From contig NC_086097.1 in assembly GCF_963921235.1 (NCBI RefSeq), forward strand, positions 120,034,001-120,098,000: a stretch of 64,000 nucleotides of DNA, written 5' to 3'. This DNA comes from Mobula hypostoma. Taxonomy: Eukaryota. The translations under genes and the position numbers were made by a program. Positions 1 through 13,299 of this stretch are shown here, in pieces. The first letter of the stretch is position 1, and the number at the start of each line of letters is the position of its first letter. A model generated the notes under the pieces. It was given only the letters and a program-made list of their open reading frames with translations, did no database searches and was not told the origin of the DNA.

Positions 1-61
1 TTCCCATCCATGCATCCACATATCTATCTATCTAACCATTTATTTGTCTATCTGCTTATTT

Positions 62-965
62 ATTAGCACAGAACATTGAATAGTACAGCACAGGAACAGA
101 CCGTGCAGCCCAGAATGTTGTGTCGAATCAGCTAAAAAGCTAATCCAATGCACTCAAACAGTAACCCCTCCTACTAACACCGTCCATATCCCTCCATTTT
201 CCTTACATCTATGTGTCTATCCAAACATCTCTTAAAAGCTTCCAATGTATTTGCCTCTACCACTATACCAGGCAGCAAATTCCAGGCATCCGTGACTCTC
301 TGAGTAAAGAACTTTCCTTTCATGTCCCCTTTGAATCTCAGTCCTCTCACCTTCAATGCCTGCCCCGTGCTATTAGGCATTTCAACCCTGGGAAACAGAT
401 ACCCCATGTCCACTCTATCTATCCCTCTCATAACCTTGTAAATCTCTATCAGATCTCCCTTCAGCCTCCAGCACTCTGGGGAAAACAGCCTAAGTTTGTC
501 AAGCCTCTCGTGATAGCATATGCCCTCTAAACCAGGCAGCATCCTGGTAAAACTCTTCTGCACCCTCTCCAAAGCCTCAATATTCTGCCTATAGTGGGGC
601 GACCAGAACTGTATGCAGTACTTCTGACGTGGCCCAGCCAGAGTTTTATAAAGTTGCAACATAACCACTTGACTTTTGAACTCAGTACCTTGACTAATAG
701 AAGTACACATTCCTTATCGACCTGTGGAGTCACTTTCAAGGAGCTATGAACTTGGATCCCAAGATTTCTCTGCTCAGTAACACTGCTGAACACCTTGCCT
801 TAACAGTGCACTGTCTCCTTGCATTTCCTCTACCAAGATGCAACATCTGATACTTATCTGGATTAATCTCCATCTGCCATTTCTCTGCCCATATCTGTAA
901 CTGATCTATATCGTGCTGTGTTCTTTGCCAGTCTTCTACACTATCCACAACTCCACAAGTCTTGA
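62..965 (-). mobile_element. CR1-clade LINE, 5'-truncated (end of RT, ORF2 C-terminus, 3' UTR)
   Basis: ORFs 736..1008 (GVVDSVED..WAEKWQMEINPDK) and 174..710 (LQLYKTL..YCIQFWSPHY..LERVQK..KGDLIEIYK..FFTQRV) match the CR1 ORF2 C-terminus; frameshifted. Confidence 0.9.
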
Positions 966-2023
966 TCATAACAGCTTCTCTTTGATGGGTTAAGCTTCCA
1001 GATCTCAAGAAGGAAATGAGTGTGGTCAGTGAAGAGTAATAGTTATAGAAATGTGAAAGGAGCTAGAGGATATGTTTATAATACTAAGCAAAATTCAAAG
1101 AATACTGCCTCACAGTTAGAGATATTAACTGATGAATTAAAACACGCTGTATTTTATTCATCTGAGGTCAATTAAAATAGAATATCGCAAATACCTTCAA
1201 ATTATGGTGAAAAGGATTTGTGTTGGTGTTGTTTGAGATCATTGATGTGATTAGTTATAAGGAAAATTTGGAGGGAATGATTTGTTATTGAGATCTGATT
1301 TGACTCCTTCTTAAGGAAGTAAGGGTCTATTATATTTCAAAGTAGTGTGTGCATGTCTCCCAGTGCCCAGCAGTAATAAAATGATAACTTCAGATCGTTT
1401 AAGGCTTTCGTGAAACAATAGAAAGTGCTGATGTCAGTAAGTGGCTAATGTAAGATTGGGTTACATTCTCAATTTGTAACACAATTATTAACTGGTAGGC
1501 CTATAAATTCTGTAATATCACATCATATTTTTAATGGCGCACAAATGGAATCTTGTTTCTTTCCTTGAGTAAAACACTATTTCCCAGTTTGAATGCTGAT
1601 TCTCCAGGGATTTGATCAACCGTTATTTCTGATAACTTGCACTTCAGAGACACGCGGATTGTTTTGCATACTCAGGCAACATTGCTGGGAAAAATTACTC
1701 TACCTGGCTCTGAAGCCCACTTGTCAATGGACACTGTCAGTCCAATGAGGTTTTAAGAGAAACTTCTTTAACCAAATCTTCTGAAGTGAAGATGGTACAG
1801 CAAATCATTACATTGGAGACTAAAAGACAAGTGTCAGTGACGAGGAGATCATGCAATTACTGAATTATTCTAAAAACCCATCTGATTACCAATATCCTTA
1901 AGAGAAGAAAATCTGCAGTTCTTACCCTATTTTGCCTCAGATTCATCCCTGTGGTTAACTCTGAATGATCTCTTAAGTTGCACATCAAGTCACTCTGATC
2001 AGAAATTCTGCAAAGTCTATAGC

Positions 2024-3250
2024 ATAACATAAGAACATAAGAAGTAGGAGCAGGAGTTGGCCATCTGTCCCTTCGAGCCTGTTCCACCATTCAATAAAAT
2101 CATGGCTGATCTGGCCGTGGACTCAGCTCCACCAACCTGCCTTTCCCCCATAACACCTAATATCCTTGTCATGCAAAAATCTACCTACTGTGTCTTAAAT
2201 ATACAAACGTACTTAATAAAGTAATATCTGCTGCTTCTGTGGGCAGAGAATTCCTCTGATTCATTACTCTCTGGGAAAAGCAGTTTCTTCTCATTTCCAT
2301 CCTAAATCTATTCCCTAGTCATAGTCTCACCTACCAAATGAAACAACTTTCCTGCCTCTATGTAATGTATCCCTTTCATGGCTTTATGTTTCTATAAGGT
2401 CCTCTCTCATTCTTCAGAATTAGAGTGAGTATAGTCCCAAATGTCTCAATGTTTCCTTATAGGCTAACCTTCATCTCTAGAATCAACCTGGTGAACCTCT
2501 GCTGCACTCCTTCCAAAGCCAATATATATTGCCTTAAGTAAGAAGGCCAGAACTGCATGCAATACTCTAGGTGTGGCATCACTAATCCCCTGTACAGTTG
2601 CAACATAACCTCCCTGCTCTTAAAGTTAATCCCTCTAACAAAGAAGGCCAACAATCCATTGAACTTTTTGATAAGCTGTTACACCTGCAAACCCACCTTT
2701 TGTGATTCATATATAAATGAAGACCCGCTCCAAAACAGCATGCAGCAATCTTTCACCATTGAAATAATCACTTGGTTTTCCATTTTCCCTTCCAAAGTGC
2801 CTTGCACTTTCCAACATTGTACCCTATCTCTCAGACCCTTGCCAATTCACTTAATCTATCTATATCTTTCTACAGAATCTCTGCATCCTCTGCACAATTT
2901 GTTTTCGCACACGTTAGTGTCATCAGCAAACTTAGATATGCTACACATGGTCCCCTCTTTCATATTAATGTTATGTTAATGTATATCATGAACAGTTGAG
3001 GGCCCAGCACTGAACCCTGAACCACCAGAGTAACACCCATCTGTCCCACTCTCTGTCTCCTGTTGGGTTAACCAATCTTATATTCACAATAATACCTTAC
3101 CCCAACTCCATGTATCCTCATCTTATGGATGTCTTTTATGCAGAAATTTATCAAACACCTTCTGGAAATCCTATATCCATTGTGATCATTATATCATCAA
3201 AGAAATCCAGCAAGTTTAACAAAAAAGGCCTACCTTTCATTAACCCATGC
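2024..3250 (-). mobile_element. CR1-clade LINE fragment, decayed
   Basis: ORF 2457..2654 (KSREVMLQLYRGLVMPHLEYCMQFW); CR1-type tail cataagaacataagaagtaggagcagg near 2028. Confidence 0.85.
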
Positions 3251-3734
3251 TCCATATATTAAAAAAATAATTCCAATGTTGGTAAGAAAAACTTGAAACT
3301 CCTTTGCAGAGAACCCTGGAAGATTTTTACCTCCTTAACTGCAGCATAGGTCCAAATTCTCTTATCAACTAAGTTAGAAAGAACTGATCATTAGCCCTAT
3401 GGTTAATTAGTTAGGTTTAAGATATCATCTCAACTACTTGCACATTTACAAAGAAGATAATGAGTCTTTGGAGGCTAACATTAAGTTTCTTCCTGATGAA
3501 GTATCTTTAATTTATTTTAATCGGCTCTAAACATACTGAATTATTTGAAGCATTTGAAATTGGTTGGAATATCCATGCAGAAAAAGAACATCGCCATTTG
3601 TTCTTAAGTCTATTCTCTGGTGGCAGCCTTCAGTTTTAAATATTTATTTTTTTCATCAATAACAAATACCTCTGAAAAAACCTGTAATGGGATGCTCAAA
3701 ACAAGGACTGTAATTGAAGAAGAGGGAAGCCATA

Positions 3735-4299
3735 CACTCAATGGCCTTTTTATTAGATATCTTCTGGAACTAAAAATGTGGCCACTAAGTGTAAGCTTGT
3801 GGTCTTCTACTGCTATAGCCCATCCACTTCAAGATTCACCTAGTTATGCATTCAAAGACATTCCTCGGCATGCCACTGTTGTTGTTGTTGTCACCTACCC
3901 TGCAGCTCGAACTAGTCTGACCATTCTCCTCTGACCTCTCTCATTAACCTGACATTTTTACCCACAGAACTGCTGCTCACTGGATTTTTTCTTTTTGCTT
4001 ATGCACCATTCCTTGTGAACATGAGAGACTGTTGTGTGTGAAAATCCCAGGAGATCAGCAGTTTCTGAGATACTCAAACCACTCCATCTAGCACCAACAC
4101 TCATTCCACGCTCAAAGTCACTTAGAGAATATTTCTTCTCCATTCTGATGTTTGGTCTAAACAACAGCTGAACCTCTTGACCATGTTGCATGTTTTTTTT
4201 ATGCAATGAGTTGCTGCCATGTGTTTGTCTGATTAGATATTTGCATTAGTGAGCAGGTGTACAGGTGTACAGTTGTACATATCAAGGTGACCACTGAGT
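3735..4299 (-). mobile_element. Tc1/mariner non-autonomous element with transposase N-terminal HTH remnant
   Basis: Imperfect TIRs cactcaatggcctttttattaga (3735) and gtacatatcaaggtgaccactgagt (4275-4299); ORF 3958..4206 contains LSDFERGMSVGARWSGLSISETADLLGFSHTTVS. Confidence 0.8.
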
Positions 4300-4499
4300 A
4301 AGCAATTGACATAATTTGAAACTGATTCTGCATTTGCAAACTTGTAGATGAAGCTGGAGCAGATTCTGGCCACATAGTTATGAGTTGTCTTGGGAGCAGA
4401 ATGGAGATCTGTAGATGCAGCCTTGTTGGGAACCAGTGTTGAGTGCAATTATGGTAGAGGTTTGCTGAAGACTATCCCTACTATTTGTGATTTTGTAGG

Positions 4500-5467
4500 T
4501 CAGGATCTTTACACCTATGACTGTGTGGCTAAGTACAGCTCCAACACTACATACAAACTTGCTGATGACACCAGTGCTGTGGGCATATCAAGGGTGGAGG
4601 GAGATTGAAAATTTGGCTGAGTGGTGTCATAACAACAACCTCCCACTCAATGTTAGCAAGACCAAGGAACTGGTTGTAGACTGCAGGAGAGGGAAACCAG
4701 GGGTCAGTACTCATTAAAGGATCAGAGGTGGAGAGGATCATTAACTTTAAATTCCTGAGTGTCATTATCTCCGAGGACCCGTCCTGGGCCCATCATATAA
4801 ATGTAGTTGCAAAGAAAGTATGACAACACCTCTACGTCCTCGGTAGACTGCAGAGATTCGGCATGACACCAAAAACCTATAGATGTGTCATGGAAAGTCT
4901 ATTGACTGGCTCATTACAGCCTGGTATGGGAACACCAATGCCTTTGAGTGGAAAATCCTATATAAATTAGTGGATTTAGCCCAGTACGTCACAGGTAAAG
5001 CACCCCCAGCCCCTGCTAACCGTTGAGCACATCTACATGAAACGTTGCCATAGAAAAGCAGCATCTGTCATCAAAGATCCTCACCACCCAGGTCATTCTC
5101 TCTCCTCGCTGCTGCCATCAGGTAGAAGGTACAAGTGCCTCAGGGCTCGCACTGCCAGGATTAAGAACAGTTACTACCCCTCAACCATCAGGCTCTTGAA
5201 CAAAAGAGTATAACTACACTCATTCTATTTCTGGTGTTTCCACAACCAAAGATCTCACTTTGAGGATTCTTTATGTTGTTATTTCATGTTCTCATTAATT
5301 ATTGCTATTTATTTATATTTGCATTTGCACTGTTTGTTGTTCATTGATCTTGTTTACAGTTACTGTTTTGTAGATTTGCTGAGCATGTCCACAGGACAAA
5401 AAAATCTGGTGACATGTATGTACTCTGATAATAAGTTTTACTTTGAACTTTGAACTGTTGAACTTTG
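4500..5467 (+). mobile_element. Rex1/Babar-type LINE 3' portion
   Basis: LYTYDCVAKYSSNTTYKLADDT and WCHNNNLPLNVSKTKELVVDCRR; tail actttgaactttgaact. Confidence 0.85.
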
Positions 5468-5589
5468 ATCCTGTTGTAAAAGAAGGTGCTGAGTCCCCAT
5501 TTAGGAGATTGGAAATGCATTTACTTGGCACTGGAGCTGAAGGCACATCTGTTTGAAGTTGTCTAGGAGGCTGAAGTTGACGCATGCAT

Positions 5590-6030
5590 GAGAAGCCTCT
5601 TGAAGCACCTCATGATGGTGGATGCCAAAGTCACTGGGCGATAGTTAATCAAGGGATATTGCCTTGTTTCTCTTAGGTGCTGGGATTGTAGTATTCTTCT
5701 TAAAGCAGGTGGAAACCACAGAACCACGCAGGGAAAGGTTAGAAATGTCTGGAAATACCTCTGTCAGCCGATCTGTGGAGGATCTAAGGACACCATCCAG
5801 ACCAAAAGCTTTCGACAGGTGCACTCTCTGGAAGATTGATCTAACCATTGCAACAATAACTGCGGGTTCAAGTGCATTGAAAGCCGACAGGGTGGGTGAT
5901 GACATTCTGTTTCCCCCTCTGATAACAAAGTGCATAGAATGCATTAGATAATGAGGAAGGATGTGCTGTTGTCAGCAATGAGGCCGGATTTTATTTTGTA
6001 ACCCTGGCAAAGCTGACCGCTGGTCTGGAA
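5590..6030 (-). mobile_element. Rex1/Babar LINE internal fragment
   Basis: ORF 5645..5944: SKAFGLDGV..DRLTEVFPDISNLSL..VSTCFKKNTTIPAPK (pre-RT region). Confidence 0.75.
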
Positions 6031-6044
6031 CTTTGGGCTTGTAT

Positions 6045-6333
6045 TTATTTATACATTTATTAAGATATGGCACAGAACAGGTCCATCTGGCCCTTCGAGT
6101 TGTGCTGCCCAGCAACCCTCAATTTAAATTTAGCCTTATCACAGGACAGTATGCAATGACCAATTAACCTAACAACCGATACATCTTTAGACTGTGGGAG
6201 GAAACCCAAGCACTCAGACGAACCCATAGGGTCATGGGAGAATGTACAATCTCCTTACAGGCAGCGGTGGGAATTGAACCAGGGTCGCTGGTACAGTAAA
6301 GTGTTGTACCAACCACTATGCTACCATGCCATC
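6045..6333 (-). mobile_element. tRNA-derived SINE with V-domain core (HE1-like)
   Basis: Minus strand reads ggcatggtagcatagtggtt (A-box-like), ggttcaattccc (B-box-like), core gggtttcctcccacagtctaaaga. Confidence 0.8.
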
Positions 6334-6619
6334 CTTGTTGTATCATCCTTAGATATCCTTGATTGCATTACAAAGGTGGCATCTCGATTTGGTGTATAGG
6401 TTACTGGTTTTGAATATTGCAGGTTTAGACTTCAGTGGAGGATGGATCTCTCATCTCATCCTTTGTTTCTGGTTTGACAACACCCAGACTGACATTGTTG
6501 GTACATACAGAGTCATCTATACTCCTGCTGATAAAATCTGTGATGGTGGTGACACTCAAAAAGGTTGGCTGATAAGACTTTGAACATGAACCAGTCTACT
6601 CACTCATAACAGTCACAAT

Positions 6620-7000
6620 CGAAGCTCATTTTGTTCCTCAGACCAGCACTGTATGACTTCCTGTAGTGAGTCCTTCCACTTCTCCATACCAGCTTTCTGT
6701 TTATATGCAAGGAACAGCAGCATTGCCTAGTGCTCTGATTTACCAAATCAGAGTGGGAAGTGGTGTTTGAGTAGGTGTCCTTGATTGTTTATAGCAATGG
6801 TCAAGGGTATTTGGGATCCGCATGATCTCTTGAAGTTGGCCTAGTTGAAGTCACCAGGTACAATGAAGAGAGCCTCAAGGAATATGGCTTCAAGTCTGTT
6901 GATCACAGAGACTAGTTCAATGAGCACAAGCTTCACTTTCACCTGGCATCTGGTGTAGAGTCCCATCAGGATACCTGAAGTGAACTCCTATTGCAGGCAG
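6620..7000 (-). mobile_element. Decayed LINE endonuclease fragment (Rex1-like)
   Basis: Minus strand encodes GDFN-like (ggtgacttcaac) and SDH-like segments with stops. Confidence 0.5.
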
Positions 7001-7138
7001 TATGGGTGGTGCTTCACTGCTAGATATTCCAAGTCGGGTGAGTATGAACTTGCTAGGACCATCACATCCAAGTGCTACAAGGAGTTCAGATATCAGATGC
7101 AAATTTATTAATTTATCGCATGTACATGGAAACATAGA

Positions 7139-7340
7139 TGTCCGGTGGTGCAGTGGCATCAGCACCGGACTTTGAGGTGAGTGGTCCCGGGTTCAAATCC
7201 AGCTGGCTCCTTGCAAATTTCCCATCCGTGCTGGGTTGAGCATCAAGCGAGCAACTCGGCCTCGTAAAAATCAAACAGGTGCTGAAGCAACAGCAAGTTT
7301 GGCCACCCGATGCGCCACAAGGCGTGGGGAGGAACAACAA
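7139..7340 (+). mobile_element. tRNA-headed SINE with (AAC)n tail and TSD
   Basis: A-box-like tggtgcagtgg, B-box-like ggttcaaatcc; flanks catggaaacataga (7125-7138) and cgtggaagcataga (7341-7354); inserted in the tail of another SINE. Confidence 0.8.
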
Positions 7341-8416
7341 CGTGGAAGCATAGAGTGAAATGTGTTGTGTTCACAACCAACACACCTAAGGATGTACTGG
7401 AGCAGCCACAAGTTGATGAGGAAGCAGAATTCTTTCCCTTCCCTTTGCCTAAGGGTGCCATTTAGTCCATCTGGTGAATTAACAAGCACTTGAGTTGTAC
7501 GGCTGAATCAAGTGAAGCAGAAGTAAGCCACATTTCAGTGAAGTAGAGCACGTCGCAGCCGCTCAGTACTCTTTTATAGAGCAGTCTTGCTTTTAGTGCA
7601 TCAGTTCTGTTCTCGGTGACCTCAGTGAAGTATGGAAAATGACAAGATGAAAGATGGACAAGGCATTAGCCCCAGATAAGTAGTAAATATAATGCCAGAT
7701 TTAGTGCGTTTGGTTTCATTATGGTTTAGTCAACCCAACAATTTTCAGTGAAAAAGGGCTCCATTGCATGTTGTGAATCACCAAAAAATTGCCAGATCTC
7801 TGAAACCACTTTATAATTAACAATCACACTCCTGCACCTTTTCTATAAAGCACGCTGCCAAGCCAAAATGGGGAAATTATAAAAGAAAATGAATCCTTCA
7901 TGGGAAAGAAATACACAATTAAATGATAGAACTGTAGGAAACAAAAGAAAGCACTAATGCTCGTGTTTAATGAGTGTAAATGTTGCTGGGAAGTTCTATT
8001 CTGGCCAAGATGGCACTGAGCAGCAGTCTCTGTCGAGGTCATGGCTCAGAATTAGTTATTATTTTAGGTTCATAGGGATGACAGAGAGCGAAGTTTAGGG
8101 ACAGGGATGTGGGAGGATTCATAGTTATATGTTCGGACAGTAGACCACCGAGGATGAAGGCTGGTCTCCCCCACCCCCAGGTCAGCAGGTTGTCGACGGT
8201 TTCCAGGATCAGAGTTCCATGCAGGCAAGAGCGATCAGGGCCAGTGAACACTTGTGTACACAAATTGGTGAGACCAGAGTTCGAAGCCTAGGATCCCAAC
8301 ATTGGCAAGTCCAAAGTTTGAGGCCTGGGGTTTGGGGTCCTCATTCAATGTCATCTGTGAGTCCTGAGGTCAATATTGAAAATCAATCGACATTCCATAA
8401 GTTTGTGGAACCCAGG

Positions 8417-8710
8417 TAACAAACACAAAATGCTGAAGGAACTCAGCAGGTCAGGCAGCATCTATGAAAATGAATAAACAGTTGACATTTCAGGCCAAGG
8501 TGTTTCACCAGGACTGGAAAGGAAGGCTCTTTTTATGCCAGAATAAAGAGGTGGGGGAGGGGAAGGAGGCCAAGCTAGAAGCTGATGAGTGAACCCAGGT
8601 GGGCGGGAAAGTTAAAGGCCTGGAGAAGAAAGAATCTGATAGGAGAGAAGAATAGACTATGGAGAAAGGAAAGAAGGAGGGGCACTGGGGGTGGCTGGTA
8701 ATGGAAAAGA
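8417..8710 (-). mobile_element. Penelope-like element 3' terminal repeat fragment
   Basis: Terminal motif gaactcagcaggtcaggcagcatc plus purine-rich tract shared with the GIY-YIG-bearing copy at 12335-12997. Confidence 0.75.
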
Positions 8711-10364
8711 AGGTTTTACATCAATGATGTTTTCTTCAAGATAGCAATAAATGAATCAAACATGCTTATATATGTTATAAAGATTATGTATGCTTCAGTT
8801 TCAAAGGTGATACATGATAGAGAATAATTGCAGAGTTTTGAATTCACATAACTGATTACAAACAATTATTTTGTGTTAAGCCAAAGGCAACTTATGTTCC
8901 TTCTGCATTATTGTTATTTTTTTTTGTCATTCAAGGTAAATGTTAGCAAAATGTGTTTGCAGGCTTTCTTTTGGAATGAACCTCCCATCCATTACATATA
9001 AATATTGTAATATTAAAGTTAAATATCAAAATTTGTCTGAGCATACAGGTCTATGAGTCTTTTTTTAAATAAGACATCATCTATGTATTCTGATTCTGTC
9101 ATGTTTCAGTAAATGGTTTCAAGAGGGCATCAGGCTTCTAGCTGATGTAGAGAAAAATGTTAGTAATAGAGTATCCATGGAGAGAAAAAATATGGTCAGA
9201 GAGTTTTAGAGATTAGCTTTATTTGTCACAAGTACATGAAAACATACAGCAAAATGTGTTGTTTGCATCAAATCAAATGAGCGAGGATTGTGCAGGGCAG
9301 GCCACAAGAGATGTCTTTCGTCTGATGCAAAATAGTATGCCATAGTTCAATAATCCTAACTTGTACTCTATGTCTTTGTTCAGTTATTCAACATGTTTTT
9401 GTCTTACTTCAGATCACCAACACAGCAGTATTTTGCTTATAGAATGTGAGTGATACCCCTTTGATGGGTGATAGATAATTGCTAGGCTATGAGGAAGGTT
9501 ATAATACAGAGAGAAATAGGAAAACAGCTATTCTTTTATGTACTTAAGGATGACATTAAACTAAGATTATTGAATACCCTGGAGCAGAACTGTAGACAAT
9601 CAATCCTAGTCTTGTGTTTTATCTTTTCCTTGATCAATTTAGCTGCTTTAATAATGATATCAAACATACACACTTCCGAACAAGATTCTTTCTAGTATCT
9701 ACGCATTCACAGACTAAGTCCAATGTTGGTCTATTACAGTAAAGAGTGATAACTCTGTTCTGGGAGGTTTTAATAACTAATGATTTCCACTGATTAGTTT
9801 TGCTCAGATATGAAGATTGTTGGTACATTTCCAGATGAAATTGGTAAATAATGCTATGAGATAGTTAGTTAGAGTTAGAGCATTATTGTCATTGCTCTGG
9901 ACAACAAAATTGCAGTGCTGAGATAGCATGATGATTGTATAGTAAAGAATTTGTGCTACTGTAGTGATGTAGCTAGCAAACATTTTTAGAAATCAGTATG
10001 GAGCATTAATGTTTACATCTTGGTGAAGAAGGAAACAACAAGAGGAAACCCAGACAGGAAATCGGGAGCGGAACCTCTTTGTAGCTTTTCTGCAGGAGAG
10101 TTTCTATTGTGGAGAGTTCTATCACATGAAGCAGCATGTAGAGTATGCAGAGTCATTTGCATAATAACCTGGCAACTTCTAAAAGGTATGATAGGTTACT
10201 CTGTGATTCCTCTTAGACTCAACGCATGCACTATGATTATATACGTTGTTTATAACGTATCTTGAAGGCTGACTTTGCTGAAAGTCCAGATTTCAAATGA
10301 AATGGACCTGCAGTATGGGAAGGAATTGCATCACTTGCCGCTAGCACGAAGATGATAGAAAGTC

Positions 10365-11647
10365 CTGTCTGCCCACTACCCTGGACCCCCATCAATTTGC
10401 CTATGGCACCAACAATTCAACAGAGGATGCCATCTCCATGGCACTTCACTCTGCCCTGACCCACCTGGACAGCCTCAACTCTTACGTCAGAATGCTGTTC
10501 ATTGACTTTAGTTCGGCATTCAATACTGTGATCCCCGCCAAGCTGATCACCAAACTTCGCCAGCTTGGTATCAGCTCATCCCTCTGCAATTGGACCTTGG
10601 ATTTTCTGACCAACAGACCCCAATCAGTTAAGTTAGACAACCTCTCCTCCTCCACTCTCACCCTGAAAACTGGCGTGCCTCAAAGCTGTGTGCTGAGCCC
10701 TCTTCTGTATTCCCTTTTTACCTATGACTGCGTTCCTGTACAAGGTTCTAACTCCATAATCAAGTTCGCAGACAACACCGCGGTGGTTGGTCTGATCAGA
10801 GGAGATGACGAGACGGCCTACAGGGATGAGGTCCAGCGCCTGGCTGTGTGGTGTGCTGATAACAACCTGGCCCTTAAAACCCAGAGAACCAAGGAGATCA
10901 TTGCGGACTTCAGGCATGCTAGGAGTCACACTCACGTCCCCATCTACATCAACAGAATTGTAGTTAGCATGTATCAAGCATCAAATTCCTTGGTGTCCAC
11001 ATTTCCGAGGACCTCACCTTGTCCCTGAACTCCTCCATCCTGATCAAAAAGGCGCAACAGCACCTTTATTTCCTGTGGATCATGAAGAAAGCTCACCTCT
11101 GTCCCAGGATACTGACGGACTTTTACCGCTGTACCATTGAGAGCATACTCACCAACTGCATCTCAGTGTGGTATGGTAATTGTCCCGTATCGGACCGCAA
11201 AGCACTCCAGCATGTGGTGAAAACTGCCCCGTGGATTATCGGCACCCCAATTGCCCACCATTGAGAACATCTACCATAAACACTGCCTGAGCAGGGTGAA
11301 AAGCATTATCAAGGATGCATCTCACCCTAACCATGAACTTTTTACTCTCCTCCCATCCGGTAGGTGCTACAGGAGCCTCCGCTCCCGTACCAGCAGGCAC
11401 AGGAAGAGCTTCTTCCCTGAGGCTATGACACTGCTGAACCTTTCATCACAGCGCTAAGCAGTATTGCATCTGGATTGTACTGTCTCAGTACTTTTATATT
11501 TGTGTGCTGTAGCACATTTTTTATTCCCAGTTATTTTGGAAATAACACTACTCTGCATTCTGGTCAGATGCTATACGCATTTCATTGGCTTTGCATCTGT
11601 ACTCGGCACAATGACGATAAAGTTGAATCTAATCTAATCTAATCTAA
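10365..11647 (+). mobile_element. Rex1/Babar LINE, 5'-truncated, well-preserved RT region
   Basis: ORF 10438..11028 ([41 protein letters not shown]), frameshifted continuation 11019..11457, (aatct)n tail at about 11626-11647. Confidence 0.92.
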
Positions 11648-12334
11648 AATAATGACCCAGGCCTGAGCTTCTAGGCACCCATCTGAGCATGTAATAACTC
11701 TGTAAGGTTGTCTGATTCTAGATCTGCTTGGTTCAAGTTCTGAAACCCTCATCCATACCTACACAACTTGCAGATCTAAGTATTTCATCACCTTCCTTGC
11801 TGATCTCCCTTCCTCTACCCACTATAAACTGTATTTCATTCTGCTCGGTGCATCTTAATTCCTACCAAAAGACACTACCCATCATTTGCAATCTTCTTGC
11901 TGCTGAAGAAACATTTGCCCTTTCAAATTTGTTGCTAAATGTAAGCTCAAGGCCTCAAGTATTCTTTCAATGAAGCAGCAATTTTCTTGACTCTTCACAT
12001 TTAGCATACATGACTGCATTCATACCTACAATATGATCACTTCTATACTACTGTGAGCAAATTTCTGTTTGTGAAATGACAGTAGAAAGTGCTGAATAAA
12101 TTTAGTTTTGGACATTGGTAATCAGTCCACAGGAATGATCCTGAGCTTCAGGTTGAGTGGCATTTTACATCACAATCCCATTCCCTCACTAACCTATCTG
12201 TGTTACAATGCAATTCAATGTAGTCTTAAGGGAACATCTCCTGTCAGGGCATATTGCAGCCTTATGGTCTTAATATCAAATTGTCTATCTTCCAATTATA
12301 TCCTTTTCCTGTTTATTCAAATTTACTCTCTAAA

Positions 12335-12997
12335 GCAATACACTTAAATACTGGAGGAACTCAAGAGGTCAGGCAGCATCTGTGGAAATGAATAAACAGT
12401 TGACATTTTGGACCAAAACCCCTCTTCAGGACTGGGAAGGAAGGGGAAGGACACCAGAATAAAAAGGTGGGGGGAGGGGAAGGAAGCTAGCGAGAAGATG
12501 ATGGGTGAAGCCTGGTGGGTAGCAAAGGTAAAAGGGCTGGAGAGGAAGGAATCTGATAGGAAAGGAAAGTAACCATGGGAGAAAGGGAAGGAGGAGGAGT
12601 CCTGGGGGAAGTGATAGGCAGGTGAGAAGAGGTAAAATGCCAGAGTGGAGAATAGAAGAAAAGGGGAGAGGGAAGGAATTTTTTCATATTCATACCATCA
12701 GGTTGAAGGTTACCCAGATGGAATTTAAGGTTTGCTCCTCTGCTCTGAAAGTGGCTTCATCTGAGTACGAGAGGAGGCCAGGGACTGACATGTCATAATG
12801 AGAATGGGAATCAAAATTAAAATATTTGGCCACTGGGAAGTTTCACTTTTGCCAGATGGATAGAAGGTACTCAGTGAAGCGGCCCCATAATTTATGACGG
12901 GTCTCACCAATGTAGAGGAGGCTGCATCAGGAGCATCGGATACAATAGACGACCCCAGCACATTCACAGTTGAAGCGTTGCCTCACCTGGAAGGACT
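12335..12997 (-). mobile_element. Penelope-like retroelement 3' part with GIY-YIG endonuclease remnant
   Basis: Minus strand 12995-12901 translates SFQVRQRFNCECAGVVYCIRCS*CSLLYIGET, followed by a pyrimidine-rich UTR and the terminal repeat. Confidence 0.88.
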
Positions 12998-13101
12998 GGA
13001 AGAACTTTCCTGTCTATGTATGGAAGAACTTTCCTCTTTGTGTATAGTCTGGCCTGTTCCTCATGTCCCAATATGTCAGAACCTCATCCACAACATTCAG
13101 A

Positions 13102-13299
13102 TAAAAATTGCTGGTGAATGCAGCAGGCCAGGCAGCATCTCTAGGAAGAGGTACAGTTGAAGTTTCGGGCTGAGACCCTTCTCAGCCCGAAACATCGACT
13201 GTACCTCTTCCTAGAGATGCTGCCTGGCCTGCTGCATTCACCAGCAACTTTTATGTGTGTTGCTTGAAATTCCAGCATCTGCAGATTTCCTCGTGTTTG
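13102..13299. mobile_element. Fold-back non-autonomous Penelope-terminus element
   Basis: Near-perfect inverted arms of about 75 bp around ccct (13176-13179); flanking direct repeat cacaacattcaga at 13089-13101 and 13300-13312. Confidence 0.88.

Noticed and set aside
7139..7210. tRNA gene
   Set aside because: A/B boxes are followed by a SINE body and tail and flanked by a TSD; no convincing cloverleaf or T-run terminator.
13102..13255. miRNA precursor or terminator
   Set aside because: The hairpin is explained by inverted PLE termini with a TSD; nothing in the sequence alone supports miRNA processing.
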